A stretch of 64,000 nt of DNA from Bacteroidales bacterium (lineage in GTDB: Bacteria > Bacteroidota > Bacteroidia > Bacteroidales > UBA932), in NCBI GenBank assembly GCA_017546125.1, contig JAFYXO010000013.1, positions 33,647-97,646 of the forward strand, given 5' to 3'. The notes beneath the pieces are model-generated. The model ran no database searches. It was not told the DNA's origin and saw nothing but the letters and a program-made list of their open reading frames with translations. Of this stretch, positions 46,926 to 57,065 are shown piece after piece. The position numbers and the translations under genes were made by a program. The stretch's first letter is position 1, and every line of letters starts with the position of its first letter.

Positions 46926-47753
46926 ATGGACGAAAGACTAATACAGATAAATGAGGCGGTAGAGTACCTGAAGGGCAGATTTGGTGATACAAAACCATTT
47001 GCAGGTATCGTCCTCGGCAGTGGCCTTGGTAAACTGGCTGACAAGATAGAGGATCCTATCGTAGTCAAATATAGCGAGATACCTCACTTTGCGGTATCGA
47101 CAGCCACCGGTCATAAAGGTAACTTTATTCTCGGTAAGCTTGGTGGTAAATATGTCCTTGCCATGCAGGGGAGATTTCACTTCTATGAGGGGTACTCAAT
47201 GTATAAAGTGACACTCCCTATCAGAGTGATGGTGAAGATGGGTATCCAGTACCTGTTTGTATCCAATGCTGCAGGTGGTGTGAACTTTGACTATAAAGTG
47301 GGTGATCTGATGGTGATTAAGGACCATTTGAACCTTCTTCCAAATCCACTTATCGGACCTAACTTGGATGAGTTTGGCCCACGTTTTCCAGATATGACCC
47401 GCCCATACGAGCCAAAACTTATGAAGATGGCCCACGAGATAGGGGCAGAGTTCGGTATTGAGCTCAAAGAGGGTGTATATCTGGCAAGTACAGGTCCTAC
47501 TTACGAGACACCATCTGAGTACAAATATTTCAGAACCATCGGTGCGGATGCAGTGGGTATGTCCACTATCCCTGAGGTTATTGTGGCAAGACACTCATCA
47601 GTCCCTGTATTTGGAGTGTCTGTGATCACCAATGAGGCTCACGACGACTATGCAGATGACTATGTAAATGATGGTGAGGATGTGGTAGTGGCTGCAAATG
47701 CTGCTGCTGACAGGATGACTACAGTGTTTACCAAAATTATAGAGAGACTATAG
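46926..47753 (+). CDS. purine nucleoside phosphorylase (trimeric PNP/MTAP family)
   Basis: GSGLG phosphate loop, [18 protein letters not shown] and [13 protein letters not shown] motifs. Confidence 0.88.
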   Translation: MDERLIQINEAVEYLKGRFGDTKPFAGIVLGSGLGKLADKIEDPIVVKYSEIPHFAVSTATGHKGNFILGKLGGKYVLAMQGRFHFYEGYSMYKVTLPIRVMVKMGIQYLFVSNAAGGVNFDYKVGDLMVIKDHLNLLPNPLIGPNLDEFGPRFPDMTRPYEPKLMKMAHEIGAEFGIELKEGVYLASTGPTYETPSEYKYFRTIGADAVGMSTIPEVIVARHSSVPVFGVSVITNEAHDDYADDYVNDGEDVVVAANAAADRMTTVFTKIIERL

Positions 47754-47755
47754 AG

Positions 47756-48775
47756 GTGGAGAAATTCTTCGAATACGACGCGGTAGAGTGGAATGAGGAT
47801 AGGACAGGGGTCAGGATCATCGATCAGACCCGTCTCCCTCATGAAGAGGTATTCCTTACCCTGACCACCCCCGAGGAGATATACGAAGCGATATATTTGC
47901 TGAAGGTGAGGGGCGCCCCTGCAATAGGGGTCGCTGCCGCCTTTGGTATGTATGTTTCGGTATTGCCCATCGGCGGACCTGTGGAGCATTTCGTGTCGGA
48001 GTTCCGGAGGATAAAACAATATTTGCAGAGCTCAAGACCCACTGCGGTCAATTTGAGCTACGCCCTTGAGAGAATGGAGAATTGCCTTGAAGGCAATATT
48101 GCCGGAGGCGTGGAAGGGTTGAAGAGGGCCCTTTTTGCTGAAGCGGAGGCTATCAAGCAGGAGGATGTGCTGATGTGCAGGGCAATAGCAGAGAATGGTC
48201 TTACACTGATGAAGCCAGGCGTGAGGGTTTTAACCCATTGCAACGCGGGACATTTGGCGGTGTCACGTTATGGGACCGCCCTTGGACCTGTCCACCTGGC
48301 GCAGCAGAGGGGATTTGCACCCAAGGTGTTTGTGGATGAGACCCGTCCGCTCCTTCAAGGTGCGAGGCTGACTGCATATGAGATGGTCAAGAGTGGGGTG
48401 GATGCCACCCTTATCTGCGACAATATGGCGGCGAGCGTAATGGCTCAGGGGAAGGTGGATATGATATTTGTGGGGTGTGACAGGGTGGCTGCAAATGGTG
48501 ATGCAGCCAACAAAATCGGGACAATGTCCCTTGCAGTACTTGCAAAGCATTTCGGAATCCCATTTTATGTGTTGGGGCCGAGCAGTACAATAGATTTGAA
48601 ATGTGCGACCGGTAAGGATATTGTGATAGAGGAGAGGCCGGCAAGTGAAGTGACAGACTTCAATATTAAGGTGTACAATCCAGCATTTGATGTGACCCCT
48701 GCAGAACTTATATCTGGGATAGTCACAGAGAAGGGGATATTCAGGGCACCATACGATTTTGGAAAAGAAAAATAA
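47756..48775 (+). CDS. mtnA: S-methyl-5-thioribose-1-phosphate isomerase
   Basis: eIF-2B alpha/beta/delta-like fold. IIDQTRLPHE, VRGAPAIGVAAA, TRPLLQGARLTA, VGCDRVAANGD and PAFDVTPAELI motifs. Confidence 0.88.
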   Translation: MEKFFEYDAVEWNEDRTGVRIIDQTRLPHEEVFLTLTTPEEIYEAIYLLKVRGAPAIGVAAAFGMYVSVLPIGGPVEHFVSEFRRIKQYLQSSRPTAVNLSYALERMENCLEGNIAGGVEGLKRALFAEAEAIKQEDVLMCRAIAENGLTLMKPGVRVLTHCNAGHLAVSRYGTALGPVHLAQQRGFAPKVFVDETRPLLQGARLTAYEMVKSGVDATLICDNMAASVMAQGKVDMIFVGCDRVAANGDAANKIGTMSLAVLAKHFGIPFYVLGPSSTIDLKCATGKDIVIEERPASEVTDFNIKVYNPAFDVTPAELISGIVTEKGIFRAPYDFGKEK

Positions 48776-48781
48776 CATTAT

Positions 48782-49441
48782 ATGATTAAGAACCTGATAT
48801 TTGATCTCGGTGGAGTGATAGTGCCGCTCAACAGGATAGCCTGCTTGAGGGCATTTGATGAGATTGTGGGGTACAAGGATTTTGGAGAGGTCCTTAACAG
48901 CTACAGGCAGATAGGATTCTTCGAAAAATTCGAGAATGGGGAGATCTCAGCGAAGAAATTCCGCCAGATCATCAGAATCAACGCCTCACCCATTAAAGAT
49001 GGGCAGAAGAGGGTGATAAAGGATAGGGAGATCGATTACTCACTTAACAGATTCCTGTGCGATATCCCACAGGATAAGATTGAGACACTGCTCTTCTTCC
49101 AGGGGGAGTACAGGATGTTTCTCCTTAGCAATACCAATCCTATCGGAATGTCGAGGGTAAGGGAGCTCTTTAAGGATAAAGGGTACAAGATAGAGGAGCT
49201 TTTTGAGATCCTTTTCCTCTCATACAAGATGAAGTGCGGCAAACCGAGTGACAAGATCTTCAATGATATGGCCAAAAAGGCCAAAATCAAGCCAGAGGAA
49301 TCCCTTTTTATCGATGATTCACTTGCCAATATAGAGGCTGCCAATAAGTTGGGTTACAACACTATCCACTATAATCCCAAAGATGATCTCTATAAAGTGG
49401 TGACTAAAAAACTTGAAGAGTTGGAGGAGCAGGGGAAATGA
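48782..49441 (+). CDS. HAD-superfamily hydrolase (subfamily IA-like)
   Basis: Motif I IFDLGGV, motif II LLSNT, and motif IV FIDDS. Confidence 0.8.
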   Translation: MIKNLIFDLGGVIVPLNRIACLRAFDEIVGYKDFGEVLNSYRQIGFFEKFENGEISAKKFRQIIRINASPIKDGQKRVIKDREIDYSLNRFLCDIPQDKIETLLFFQGEYRMFLLSNTNPIGMSRVRELFKDKGYKIEELFEILFLSYKMKCGKPSDKIFNDMAKKAKIKPEESLFIDDSLANIEAANKLGYNTIHYNPKDDLYKVVTKKLEELEEQGK

Positions 49442-50244
49442 TACAGTTTTTAAGTCTTTCGAGTGGTAGCAACGGTAATTGTTACTATCTGGGGAATGAA
49501 GAGACAGCCCTTCTGATAGATGTGGGTATCGGAGGAAGGACTATAAAGAAAAGGTTGGAAGACAATGGGTTGTCCATCTCCAATGTGGATATGATCCTGG
49601 TTACCCACAACCATATCGACCATATCAAATATCTGGGATCAGTAGCTGACAAATTGTCTCTCCCCGTATATGCACCGGCCGGTATTCATCAGGCTCTGGA
49701 GGTTCATCCATGTACCAAAGGGATGATAAAAGGGTGTAAGAGGGTGATTAGAAAGGAGACCTTTGTCCAGAACAGAGGTGTCAAATTTGTCGCTTTTGAC
49801 GTACCTCACGATGCAGTGGAGACTGTAGGGTACTATATAGATTTCTTCGGTGAGAAATTTGTCTTCATGACAGACCTGGGTGATGTTCCGGAGGCAGCTA
49901 TGGAGTATTGCCGTATGGCAGACCATCTGATAATAGAGTCCAATTTCGATCTTGATATGCTTATAAGGGGAAATTATGCACCCGAACTCAAGAAGAGGAT
50001 ATATGAGGGGAATGGACATTTGAGCAACGATCAGTGTGCTCATGCTCTTAAAATGGTGATACACAAGGGACTGAAGTCTGTATATCTATGCCACTTGAGT
50101 GAAAATAACAATACCCCAAGCCTGGCGTATGACTCTGCATCCGAGGCCATATCATCTATGGGATATGAACTGGGCAAGGATATCAAACTTTTCTGTCTTC
50201 CACGCAGGGAACCATCTCCTGTATTTACTTTTGAAGAGAAATAG
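49438..50244 (+). CDS. MBL-fold metallo-hydrolase
   Basis: HxHxDH (THNHIDH). ATGA overlap with the HAD gene. Confidence 0.8.
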   Translation: MIQFLSLSSGSNGNCYYLGNEETALLIDVGIGGRTIKKRLEDNGLSISNVDMILVTHNHIDHIKYLGSVADKLSLPVYAPAGIHQALEVHPCTKGMIKGCKRVIRKETFVQNRGVKFVAFDVPHDAVETVGYYIDFFGEKFVFMTDLGDVPEAAMEYCRMADHLIIESNFDLDMLIRGNYAPELKKRIYEGNGHLSNDQCAHALKMVIHKGLKSVYLCHLSENNNTPSLAYDSASEAISSMGYELGKDIKLFCLPRREPSPVFTFEEK

Positions 50245-51268
50245 TGGCGATTACAGGGTTGTGGTCGCTGTGCCTGAACTCCAGATCGAGGGTAGTAATC
50301 TCCCGTGCTGTGATGTTGTCTGAGTGGAAGAAGTAATCTATCAGTGTTCTGGTAGAGTGCTCGGAATCATAAGGCTTGTCATTGTATCTGGCAGTGTGAC
50401 GGGATGGATCATATTTGAAACTGCCTATCTTTTTGAGACTGTCTGATGGGAGGGGCTGGACGATAAAATATTTGTCACTCAATTCTTTATCGGAAGGTGT
50501 ATACCCTTCCGGATATTGGTTCCAGTCACCTCCGATTATGAACCTGCATGACCTTTTGGAGTTGAGGAACCTGTATAGATACTCTGTCTCCTGTTTTCTC
50601 ATGGAGCCGTCGTCAAATGCAGAGCAGTGGGTATTGCCTATAATCAGCTCTTCACCATCCGGCAGAGTGAAATGTGCCGAAAGGAGACATCTTTTGAGAT
50701 TGAACATACTTACAGGCCATGGGAATCGTGAGGGATACTGATGTCTGATGGCAGAATCTGCTGCAAATCTGCTCATAATGGCAATTCCTCCGTGTGTCTC
50801 TCCGATAGGCTCTTTGACAGGGGTGGGTATGAACCACGATTTGAGATTTGAGGCAAAATAGATGTGATACTCAGGGAAAGCCTCCTGAAGGGCCTGCACT
50901 TCATTTATATGGTAAGTGCGGTGTGAGTTTACATCTACCTCCTGAAGGAGGACAATGTCGGGGCTCTGTGCCCGGATAGTCGCAATGATATTGTCGAGGT
51001 TGTGCCGGGTCCTCTCTCTGGTGTCCCTGACATCCTTGCCTCCATCCATGAAGAAAGTCATATTGTCCCCAAGCCCAGCATAGCCTATATTCCAGGTCAT
51101 AATCTTCATGGTATCCTGGATGGCTGCATCTGATGATGATGTCAAAGGAGGGTAGTGGATCGCCTCCTCCAGAGGGGCTGGCCTGTGCTCCAGAACAGCT
51201 GATGCGATGAGGAATATGGCGATAGCCCCTAAAATGGTTCCTAATACTATGTAAATCACTTTCTTCAT
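50225..51268 (-). CDS. endonuclease/exonuclease/phosphatase (EEP) family protein with N-terminal membrane anchor
   Basis: MTWNIGY, LLQEVD and C-terminal SDHNPV motifs. Confidence 0.82.
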   Translation of the reverse strand: MKKVIYIVLGTILGAIAIFLIASAVLEHRPAPLEEAIHYPPLTSSSDAAIQDTMKIMTWNIGYAGLGDNMTFFMDGGKDVRDTRERTRHNLDNIIATIRAQSPDIVLLQEVDVNSHRTYHINEVQALQEAFPEYHIYFASNLKSWFIPTPVKEPIGETHGGIAIMSRFAADSAIRHQYPSRFPWPVSMFNLKRCLLSAHFTLPDGEELIIGNTHCSAFDDGSMRKQETEYLYRFLNSKRSCRFIIGGDWNQYPEGYTPSDKELSDKYFIVQPLPSDSLKKIGSFKYDPSRHTARYNDKPYDSEHSTRTLIDYFFHSDNITAREITTLDLEFRHSDHNPVIATISLQK

Positions 51269-51282
51269 TTTTTATGTGTTGG

Positions 51283-51318
51283 TAAATAAACAAAGGGGCC
51301 CCTTTTGCCGGGCCCCTT
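51283..51318 (-). terminator. intrinsic terminator of pckA
   Basis: 9-bp GC-rich stem AAGGGGCCC / GGGCCCCTT (51293-51301 and 51310-51318), followed on the minus strand by TTTGTTTATTT. Confidence 0.75.
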
Positions 51319-51343
51319 GTCTCTGTTTAGTCGTGAAACTGTA

Positions 51344-52948
51344 TTATAGTTGAGGACCGGCAGCTACAAGAGCTTTACCTGCCTCATTGCCTTCAAATTT
51401 CTTGAAGTTCTTCACGAAACGACCTGCAAGGTCTTTAGCTTTCTCTTCCCACTCTGCTGGAGTAGCATAGGTGTTGCGAGGGTCAAGGATGTGTGTGTCA
51501 ACCTCAGCAAGCTGAGTAGGAACAGCCAAGTTGAACATAGGGATGGTGATGGTCTCAGCTTTATCCATAGAACCGTCAAGGATTCTGTCGATAATAGCGC
51601 GGGTATCTTTGATAGAGATACGTTTGCCTGTACCGTTCCAGCCTGTGTTTACAAGGTATGCAGTAGCACCCACTTTCTCCATTCTCTTAACTAGCTCCTC
51701 ACCATATTTGGTAGGATGTAGTGAAAGGAATGCAGCACCGAAACATGCTGAGAAGGTAGGAGTTGGCTCAGTGATACCACGCTCAGTACCAGCAAGTTTT
51801 GCGGTGAAACCACTTAGGAAGTAGTATTTGGTTTGCTCAGGAGTAAGCTTAGATACTGGAGGAAGCACACCGAATGCGTCAGCTGTCAAGAAGATAACCT
51901 TGGTAGCGTGACCTGCTTTAGAAACAGGTTTAACGATGTTGTTGATGTGGTAGATAGGGTAAGAAACGCGGGTGTTCTCAGTAACGCTCTTGTCGTTGAA
52001 GTCGATCTTACCATTAGCATCTACAGTTACGTTCTCAAGAAGAGCATCTTTCTTGATAGCGCCATAGATATCTGGCTCGTTCTCTTTAGACAGGTTGATA
52101 ACTTTAGCGTAGCAACCACCTTCGAAGTTGAATACACCGTCGTCATCCCAACCGTGCTCGTCATCACCGATCAGCTGACGTTTAGGGTCAGTTGAAAGGG
52201 TAGTTTTACCGGTACCTGAAAGACCGAAGAAGATAGCAGTGTCACCATCTTTACCGGTGTTTGCAGAGCAGTGCATAGATGCGATACCTTTAAGAGGAAG
52301 AAGATAGTTCATGTATGAGAACATACCTTTTTTCATCTCACCACCATACCAGGTGTTAAGGATAACCTGCATTTTCTCAGTAAGGTTGAATACAACAGCT
52401 GTCTCAGAGTTAAGACCTAGCTCTTTATAGTTCTCAACTTTAGCTTTAGAAGCGTTAAGAACTACGAAATCTGGCTCACCGAAGTTAGCAAGTTCCTCCT
52501 CAGTAGGGCGGATGAACATATTCTTAACGAAGTGAGCTTGCCAAGCAACCTCCATAATGAAACGGATTTTCAGGCGGGTGTTTTCGTTAGCACCGCAGAA
52601 AGTATCCATTACATAAAGTTTCTTGTTAGAAAGCTCTTCAGCTGCCAATTTCTTAAGTTCTGCCCAAGTCTCTTTGGTTACAGGTTTGTTGTCGTTTTTG
52701 TACTCCTCTGAAGTCCACCAGATAGTGTCTTTAGAAGTTTCATCCATTACGAAAAATTTATCTTTAGGAGAACGGCCGGTGTAAACACCTGTCATAACGT
52801 TTACAGCACCAAGCTCTGTAACTACGCCAGTCTCATAACCAGTAAGTTCTGGGTTTAGCTCATCTTTGTAAAGTGTATCGTAATCAGGGTTATAGACAAC
52901 CTCTGAAACCCCAGTGATACCGTACTTGCTTAGATCGATTGTGTTCAT
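51344..52948 (-). CDS. pckA: phosphoenolpyruvate carboxykinase (ATP)
   Basis: 534 aa. Kinase-1a GLSGTGKTT, the IGDDEHGW motif and NTGWNG. Confidence 0.96.
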   Translation of the reverse strand: MNTIDLSKYGITGVSEVVYNPDYDTLYKDELNPELTGYETGVVTELGAVNVMTGVYTGRSPKDKFFVMDETSKDTIWWTSEEYKNDNKPVTKETWAELKKLAAEELSNKKLYVMDTFCGANENTRLKIRFIMEVAWQAHFVKNMFIRPTEEELANFGEPDFVVLNASKAKVENYKELGLNSETAVVFNLTEKMQVILNTWYGGEMKKGMFSYMNYLLPLKGIASMHCSANTGKDGDTAIFFGLSGTGKTTLSTDPKRQLIGDDEHGWDDDGVFNFEGGCYAKVINLSKENEPDIYGAIKKDALLENVTVDANGKIDFNDKSVTENTRVSYPIYHINNIVKPVSKAGHATKVIFLTADAFGVLPPVSKLTPEQTKYYFLSGFTAKLAGTERGITEPTPTFSACFGAAFLSLHPTKYGEELVKRMEKVGATAYLVNTGWNGTGKRISIKDTRAIIDRILDGSMDKAETITIPMFNLAVPTQLAEVDTHILDPRNTYATPAEWEEKAKDLAGRFVKNFKKFEGNEAGKALVAAGPQL

Positions 52949-53028
52949 AATTGAATATTTTTTGTTTATCTATTTATTGTTAATCATTTACTTTTTCTTC
53001 CTGCAAAAAATCTGCCGAAAATTTCCAC

Positions 53029-53036
53029 GCAAAGAT
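53029..53036 (-). promoter_or_regulatory. candidate -7 box (TAtcTTTG) for pckA
   Basis: Minus-strand TATCTTTG lies ~80 nt upstream of the pckA ATG. Confidence 0.4.
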
Positions 53037-53044
53037 ATATTATT

Positions 53045-53052
53045 TAACTTTG
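53045..53052 (+). promoter_or_regulatory. candidate -7 box (TAacTTTG) for the RecQ-family helicase gene
   Basis: TAnnTTTG lies 27 nt upstream of the in-frame TTG at 53079, back-to-back with the pckA box. Confidence 0.4.
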
Positions 53053-53078
53053 TAAAAACAATACTTGGAGGTAATATT

Positions 53079-54788
53079 TTGGAGAAGTTATTAACAAAAT
53101 ACTGGGGCTACAGTACGTTCAGGCCGATGCAGCGTGAGATTATTGAGAGTGCGCTTTCCGGCAGGGATACCCTTGCCATTCTCCCCACTGGAGGGGGCAA
53201 GTCAATATGCTTCCAGATACCTGCCATGAAGAGACCCGGTATTGCCATTGTGGTGACACCCCTTATCTCCCTGATGAAGGATCAGGTACAGAACCTTAAG
53301 AATAAGGGGATTAAGGCTCTTGCAATATATTCCGGGATGACCTACCACGAGATAGATGTTGCCCTGGATAATGCCATTTATGGCGATTATAAGTTCCTGT
53401 ATGTCTCTCCGGAGAGGCTCAGAACAGATATTTTCCTCGCCAGAGTGGCAAAAATGGAGGTCAATTATATAGTGGTGGATGAGGCTCACTGCATATCACA
53501 GTGGGGTTACGATTTCAGACCGGATTATCTTCTTATAAAAGAGCTCCGCAATGTGGTGGGGGAGAATGTCCCATTTATTGCCCTTACTGCCACAGCTACA
53601 GCCAAAGTGGCAGAAGATATAATGGATACCCTCGGGTTCAAGGAGAGAAACCTCCTCAAATCGGGCTTTGAGCGCCCTAATCTCGCCTATATCGTTAGGG
53701 AGTGTGAAAATAAGCTTGGCAATGTGGTAAAAGCGTGCAACAGCTCTCCCGGAAGCGGTATTGTCTATGTGAGGGAGAGGAAAAAAGCTGAAGAGATAGC
53801 ACAATTCCTTCAGTCACAGGGCGTAGATGCCGATTTCTATCATGCAGGTGTAGGGAAGGAGATGCGCTCTATAAAGCAGGACAGATGGAAAAAGGGTGAT
53901 TTGAGGGTGATGGTGGCAACCAATGCCTTCGGAATGGGTATAGATAAGCCCGATGTGAGGTTTGTGTGCCATATAGATCTCCCTGAGTCCCTTGAATCCT
54001 ATTTCCAGGAGGCGGGCCGTGCAGGTAGGGATGGCCTGAATTCGAAGGCTGTGCTTCTTTGGAATAAGACAGATCTTGTGAGGCTGAAAAGGATATTCCA
54101 GGTCTCATTTCCCCCTCTTGAGTACATCTCGGATATCTACCAGAAGATGTTCATGTATCTGGGGATAGCCTATGGGGATGGGGAAGGTGCTACCCGCAAA
54201 TTTAACCTGATGGACTTTTCAAGGCATTTCGGGCTCCATTCGGCCACTGCATATTATGCCATCAAATATATTGAGCTTTCTGGATACTGGAGCGTTACAG
54301 AGGAGATTGATAACCCCAGCAGGATAATGTTCTCGGTAAATAGGGATGATCTGTATAGAATCCAGCTTTCAGACCCTGGAATGGATGCTTTTCTTAAGGC
54401 TATCATGAGAATATATCCGGCACTCTTCTCACATTTTGTCTCGATAGATGAAGAGTATATCGCCAAGATGCTCCGCCAGAGTGTGCAGGAGGTTAAAAGG
54501 ATCCTTATAGAGCTCTCAAGAATGAAGGTGATAGAGTATGTACCGCAGTCACGTTCTCCTCTTATATTTATTAACAATGAGAGACTTACCCCGGATAACT
54601 TAAAGATATCGAAGAGGTACTATGAGGAGAGGAAAGAGAACTTCGGCAAGAGGTTAAGATCGGTTATAGACTACGTATCACACCCTGTGGATGACGATAA
54701 TCCGCCATGCAGAAGCAGAAGGCTGCTCCGCTATTTCGGACAGATGGAGAGTCCTGATTGCGGAGCATGCGATATGTGTAAAGGTTAG
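53079..54788 (+). CDS. RecQ-family ATP-dependent DNA helicase
   Basis: YWGYSTFRPMQREII, PTGGGKS, VVDEAHCISQWGYDFRPDY, ATNAFGMGIDKPDVR and QEAGRAGRDG motifs. No in-frame ATG lies between the promoter box and the conserved N-terminus, so a TTG start at 53079 is inferred. The track start at 52914 overlaps pckA. Confidence 0.85.
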   Translation: MEKLLTKYWGYSTFRPMQREIIESALSGRDTLAILPTGGGKSICFQIPAMKRPGIAIVVTPLISLMKDQVQNLKNKGIKALAIYSGMTYHEIDVALDNAIYGDYKFLYVSPERLRTDIFLARVAKMEVNYIVVDEAHCISQWGYDFRPDYLLIKELRNVVGENVPFIALTATATAKVAEDIMDTLGFKERNLLKSGFERPNLAYIVRECENKLGNVVKACNSSPGSGIVYVRERKKAEEIAQFLQSQGVDADFYHAGVGKEMRSIKQDRWKKGDLRVMVATNAFGMGIDKPDVRFVCHIDLPESLESYFQEAGRAGRDGLNSKAVLLWNKTDLVRLKRIFQVSFPPLEYISDIYQKMFMYLGIAYGDGEGATRKFNLMDFSRHFGLHSATAYYAIKYIELSGYWSVTEEIDNPSRIMFSVNRDDLYRIQLSDPGMDAFLKAIMRIYPALFSHFVSIDEEYIAKMLRQSVQEVKRILIELSRMKVIEYVPQSRSPLIFINNERLTPDNLKISKRYYEERKENFGKRLRSVIDYVSHPVDDDNPPCRSRRLLRYFGQMESPDCGACDMCKG

Positions 54789-54791
54789 TCC

Positions 54792-55382
54792 CTACAGCAG
54801 TGTCTTGAGTGCTTCGTAGAGTCTCTGGATAGGTAGCCCCACTACATTGAAATAGGACCCTTGGATCGAGGTGATTCCTGTCGCACCGATCCACTCTTGG
54901 ATGGCGTATCCGCCTGCCTTGTCATAGGGGCGGAACTTCTCTATGTAGTAATAGATTTCCTCGTCTGTCAAATCTCTGAATGTCACCTCTGTAGATGTGG
55001 AGAATGTATGTACTCCTTTAACTGTTCTGATAGTCACTCCAGTGATAACTTCATGTGTGTATCCGGAGAGTGCAGCGAGCATTTTGTAGGCATCTGCCGC
55101 ATCTTTGGGTTTGCCCAGAGGGTTGTTCTGCGGGCCGAAAACCATAGTGTCGGCAGTGATTAGAACCTCATCCTCTTCAAGGGGTCTGCCGAATGAATGG
55201 GATTTTTTAAGGGATATTATTCTTGGAATCTCTGTGTATGGGGTGTCTTCAGGATAGCTTTCGTCATTGTCTGCAGGGAGTTCGACTGTGAATTCAAACC
55301 CCAAAAGTGATAAAAGTTCCTTGCGGCGAGGTGATGCCGAACCCAGAATTATCCTGAAATCGCGTCTGTCTGATAGAACCAT
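54792..55382 (-). CDS. maf: Maf-family nucleoside triphosphate pyrophosphatase
   Basis: ILGSASPRRKELL N-terminal motif and AGGYAIQ near the C-terminus. Confidence 0.9.
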   Translation of the reverse strand: MVLSDRRDFRIILGSASPRRKELLSLLGFEFTVELPADNDESYPEDTPYTEIPRIISLKKSHSFGRPLEEDEVLITADTMVFGPQNNPLGKPKDAADAYKMLAALSGYTHEVITGVTIRTVKGVHTFSTSTEVTFRDLTDEEIYYYIEKFRPYDKAGGYAIQEWIGATGITSIQGSYFNVVGLPIQRLYEALKTLL

Positions 55383-55879
55383 TTTCCGTGAATTTTAAGT
55401 ACTTGTTCAATTAAATCTCTGACACATCCTTTGCTTCCATTAAATGCAGATACATAATCACATACCGCTTTTACTTCAGGTACTGCATCAGCAGGGCAAA
55501 CAGCAAGTCCGCATACCTGAAGAATGGGGATGTCGGGGATGTCGTCACCCATAAAGGCGACCTCTTCGGGCTTGAGTCCGTAACGGCTGCAGAAGTCCTG
55601 GAAATCGGGAATCTTGTTTCTCGAATTCTGATAGAGATCCTCATCTTTTACCCCGATGGGGAGGAAGCGGTTGGATATGCTTTTTGAACATCCTCCTGTG
55701 ATTATCGCCACAGGGTATCCGTTGGTGAGGGCTGTCCTCAAGCCGAAACCGTCCTTGGCGTTGTAGGAACGGAGAAGGTCCCCATCTGCAGTGCACTGGA
55801 ATATGCCGTCGGTAAAGACACCATCCACGTCGAATGCGAAGGCCTTTATCTGGTGAAGTTTTGTTTTATAGTTTGCCAT
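55349..55879 (-). CDS. kdsC: 3-deoxy-D-manno-octulosonate 8-phosphate phosphatase (HAD-IIIA, KdsC)
   Basis: FDVDGVFTDG, AKDGFGL and MGDDIPD motifs. 176 aa. Confidence 0.88.
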   Translation of the reverse strand: MANYKTKLHQIKAFAFDVDGVFTDGIFQCTADGDLLRSYNAKDGFGLRTALTNGYPVAIITGGCSKSISNRFLPIGVKDEDLYQNSRNKIPDFQDFCSRYGLKPEEVAFMGDDIPDIPILQVCGLAVCPADAVPEVKAVCDYVSAFNGSKGCVRDLIEQVLKIHGKWFYQTDAISG

Positions 55880-55885
55880 ATTGTT

Positions 55886-56695
55886 CTATTTCTTTACCCT
55901 TGAGGGGATGTTTCTGCTTATGATTTTGTAAATCTCTTCGTGCTCATCCAGTCCGAGTCCATTCAGAAGCCCGATATGTTTCTCCATAGTCTTGGTGTCA
56001 CCCCTGAGTGCAGGGCCGGTCTGGACCTTGTCGGGGTGAATCATGCAGCATTTGCGGACCGATTCTATGGCGGTAGGGATGAGGTAAGGTGCTTTGTCCC
56101 CGGCAAGCTCGAATGCGAGGCTGAGGGCGTAATTTACGAAGTTTGATGCAAATACAGCTGCGCAATGCATTTTCAGCCTTTGTGCCGAGTCGCACGAGAA
56201 GTATTCGCAACGGAGGGTAAATGCAATGTTTTTCAGCACCTCTACGGTATTTTCATCGGTGTGCTCTATGAGTAGCGGCACCTCTTTGAAATCGATATTC
56301 TTGTTTTTGCTGAGGGTCATCATAGGGTAGAGGACTCCGCAAGGAAATCCCCCCTCCATAAGTGGTGCGAGTGCGTCGATAGGTGTTGCCCCCGATGTGT
56401 GGACCACTATCGGTTTTCCCCCGGATGGGTTCTCTTTTGCATTGCCTGTCAGATTTGAGGCCACTTCGCCGATTCCATTGTCGGAGACTGCTATTATTAT
56501 GAGCTCCGAGTCGAGCAGATCCCCCAAATCTGGGGTAAAGCGGGTGATGCCACCTTCTGCTGCGAGTATGGAGGCAAGTTTTGATCCGGCATCACTCTTT
56601 CTGCACCACACTTTCTGGAGGGTGTGACCTGCATCTCTGAGGGCAATGCCGAGTCTGTGTGCCATATTTCCGGCACCTATGATGGAGATATTCAT
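55886..56695 (-). CDS. Rossmann-fold + DUF2520-type protein
   Basis: N-terminal IIGAGNMAHRLG dinucleotide-binding motif. Size and C-terminal helical domain match DUF2520 proteins. Confidence 0.7.
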   Translation of the reverse strand: MNISIIGAGNMAHRLGIALRDAGHTLQKVWCRKSDAGSKLASILAAEGGITRFTPDLGDLLDSELIIIAVSDNGIGEVASNLTGNAKENPSGGKPIVVHTSGATPIDALAPLMEGGFPCGVLYPMMTLSKNKNIDFKEVPLLIEHTDENTVEVLKNIAFTLRCEYFSCDSAQRLKMHCAAVFASNFVNYALSLAFELAGDKAPYLIPTAIESVRKCCMIHPDKVQTGPALRGDTKTMEKHIGLLNGLGLDEHEEIYKIISRNIPSRVKK

Positions 56696-57021
56696 TAGGC
56701 GTTAGGGGTGTTTGGACCAAATCCCATAGGTGGGAGAACCATTTTCTGCTCAGGTAGTTTGACCTCTCCGAACTGGCTCTCGAACTTGGCAATATTGTCC
56801 TCCAATGCCCTTGCAAGGCGTTTTGCGTGCTCAGGGGTCATAATGATCCTGTTAGTGACAGAGGGCTGGGGGATTCCTGGGAGGATTTTGGCGAAATCTA
56901 TGATGAACTCACTGGTAGAGTGGGTGATGATAGCAAGGTTTGCATAGCTCCCTTTGGCTACCTCTTCGGGCAGATTCAGGCTCAATTCTTTCCCTTGGGG
57001 ATTTTTTTGGTTACTTTCCAT
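56695..57021 (-). CDS. DUF3467-like protein
   Basis: [26 protein letters not shown] core. ATG at 57021 is preferred because the track's GTG at 57045 lies inside the predicted -7 box. Confidence 0.7.
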   Translation of the reverse strand: MESNQKNPQGKELSLNLPEEVAKGSYANLAIITHSTSEFIIDFAKILPGIPQPSVTNRIIMTPEHAKRLARALEDNIAKFESQFGEVKLPEQKMVLPPMGFGPNTPNA

Positions 57022-57044
57022 AATAATTTGAATGTTACTATGCA

Positions 57045-57052
57045 CAAAGATA
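57045..57052 (-). promoter_or_regulatory. candidate -7 box (TAtcTTTG) for the DUF3467 operon
   Basis: Minus-strand TATCTTTG lies 24 nt upstream of the ATG at 57021. Confidence 0.4.
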
Positions 57053-57065
57053 GGAATAAAATATG

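Noticed and set aside
50225-50244. 20-nt 3'-end overlap of the convergent MBL-fold and EEP genes as a regulatory antisense feature
   Set aside because: Short tail-to-tail overlaps are common in compact genomes. Nothing in the sequence (hairpin or repeat) suggests a specific function.
52914-53078. 55-codon upstream extension of the RecQ-family helicase ORF
   Set aside because: It overlaps the pckA start and lies upstream of the helicase's own TAacTTTG box. Its sequence ([22 protein letters not shown]) only reflects the AT-rich promoter region.
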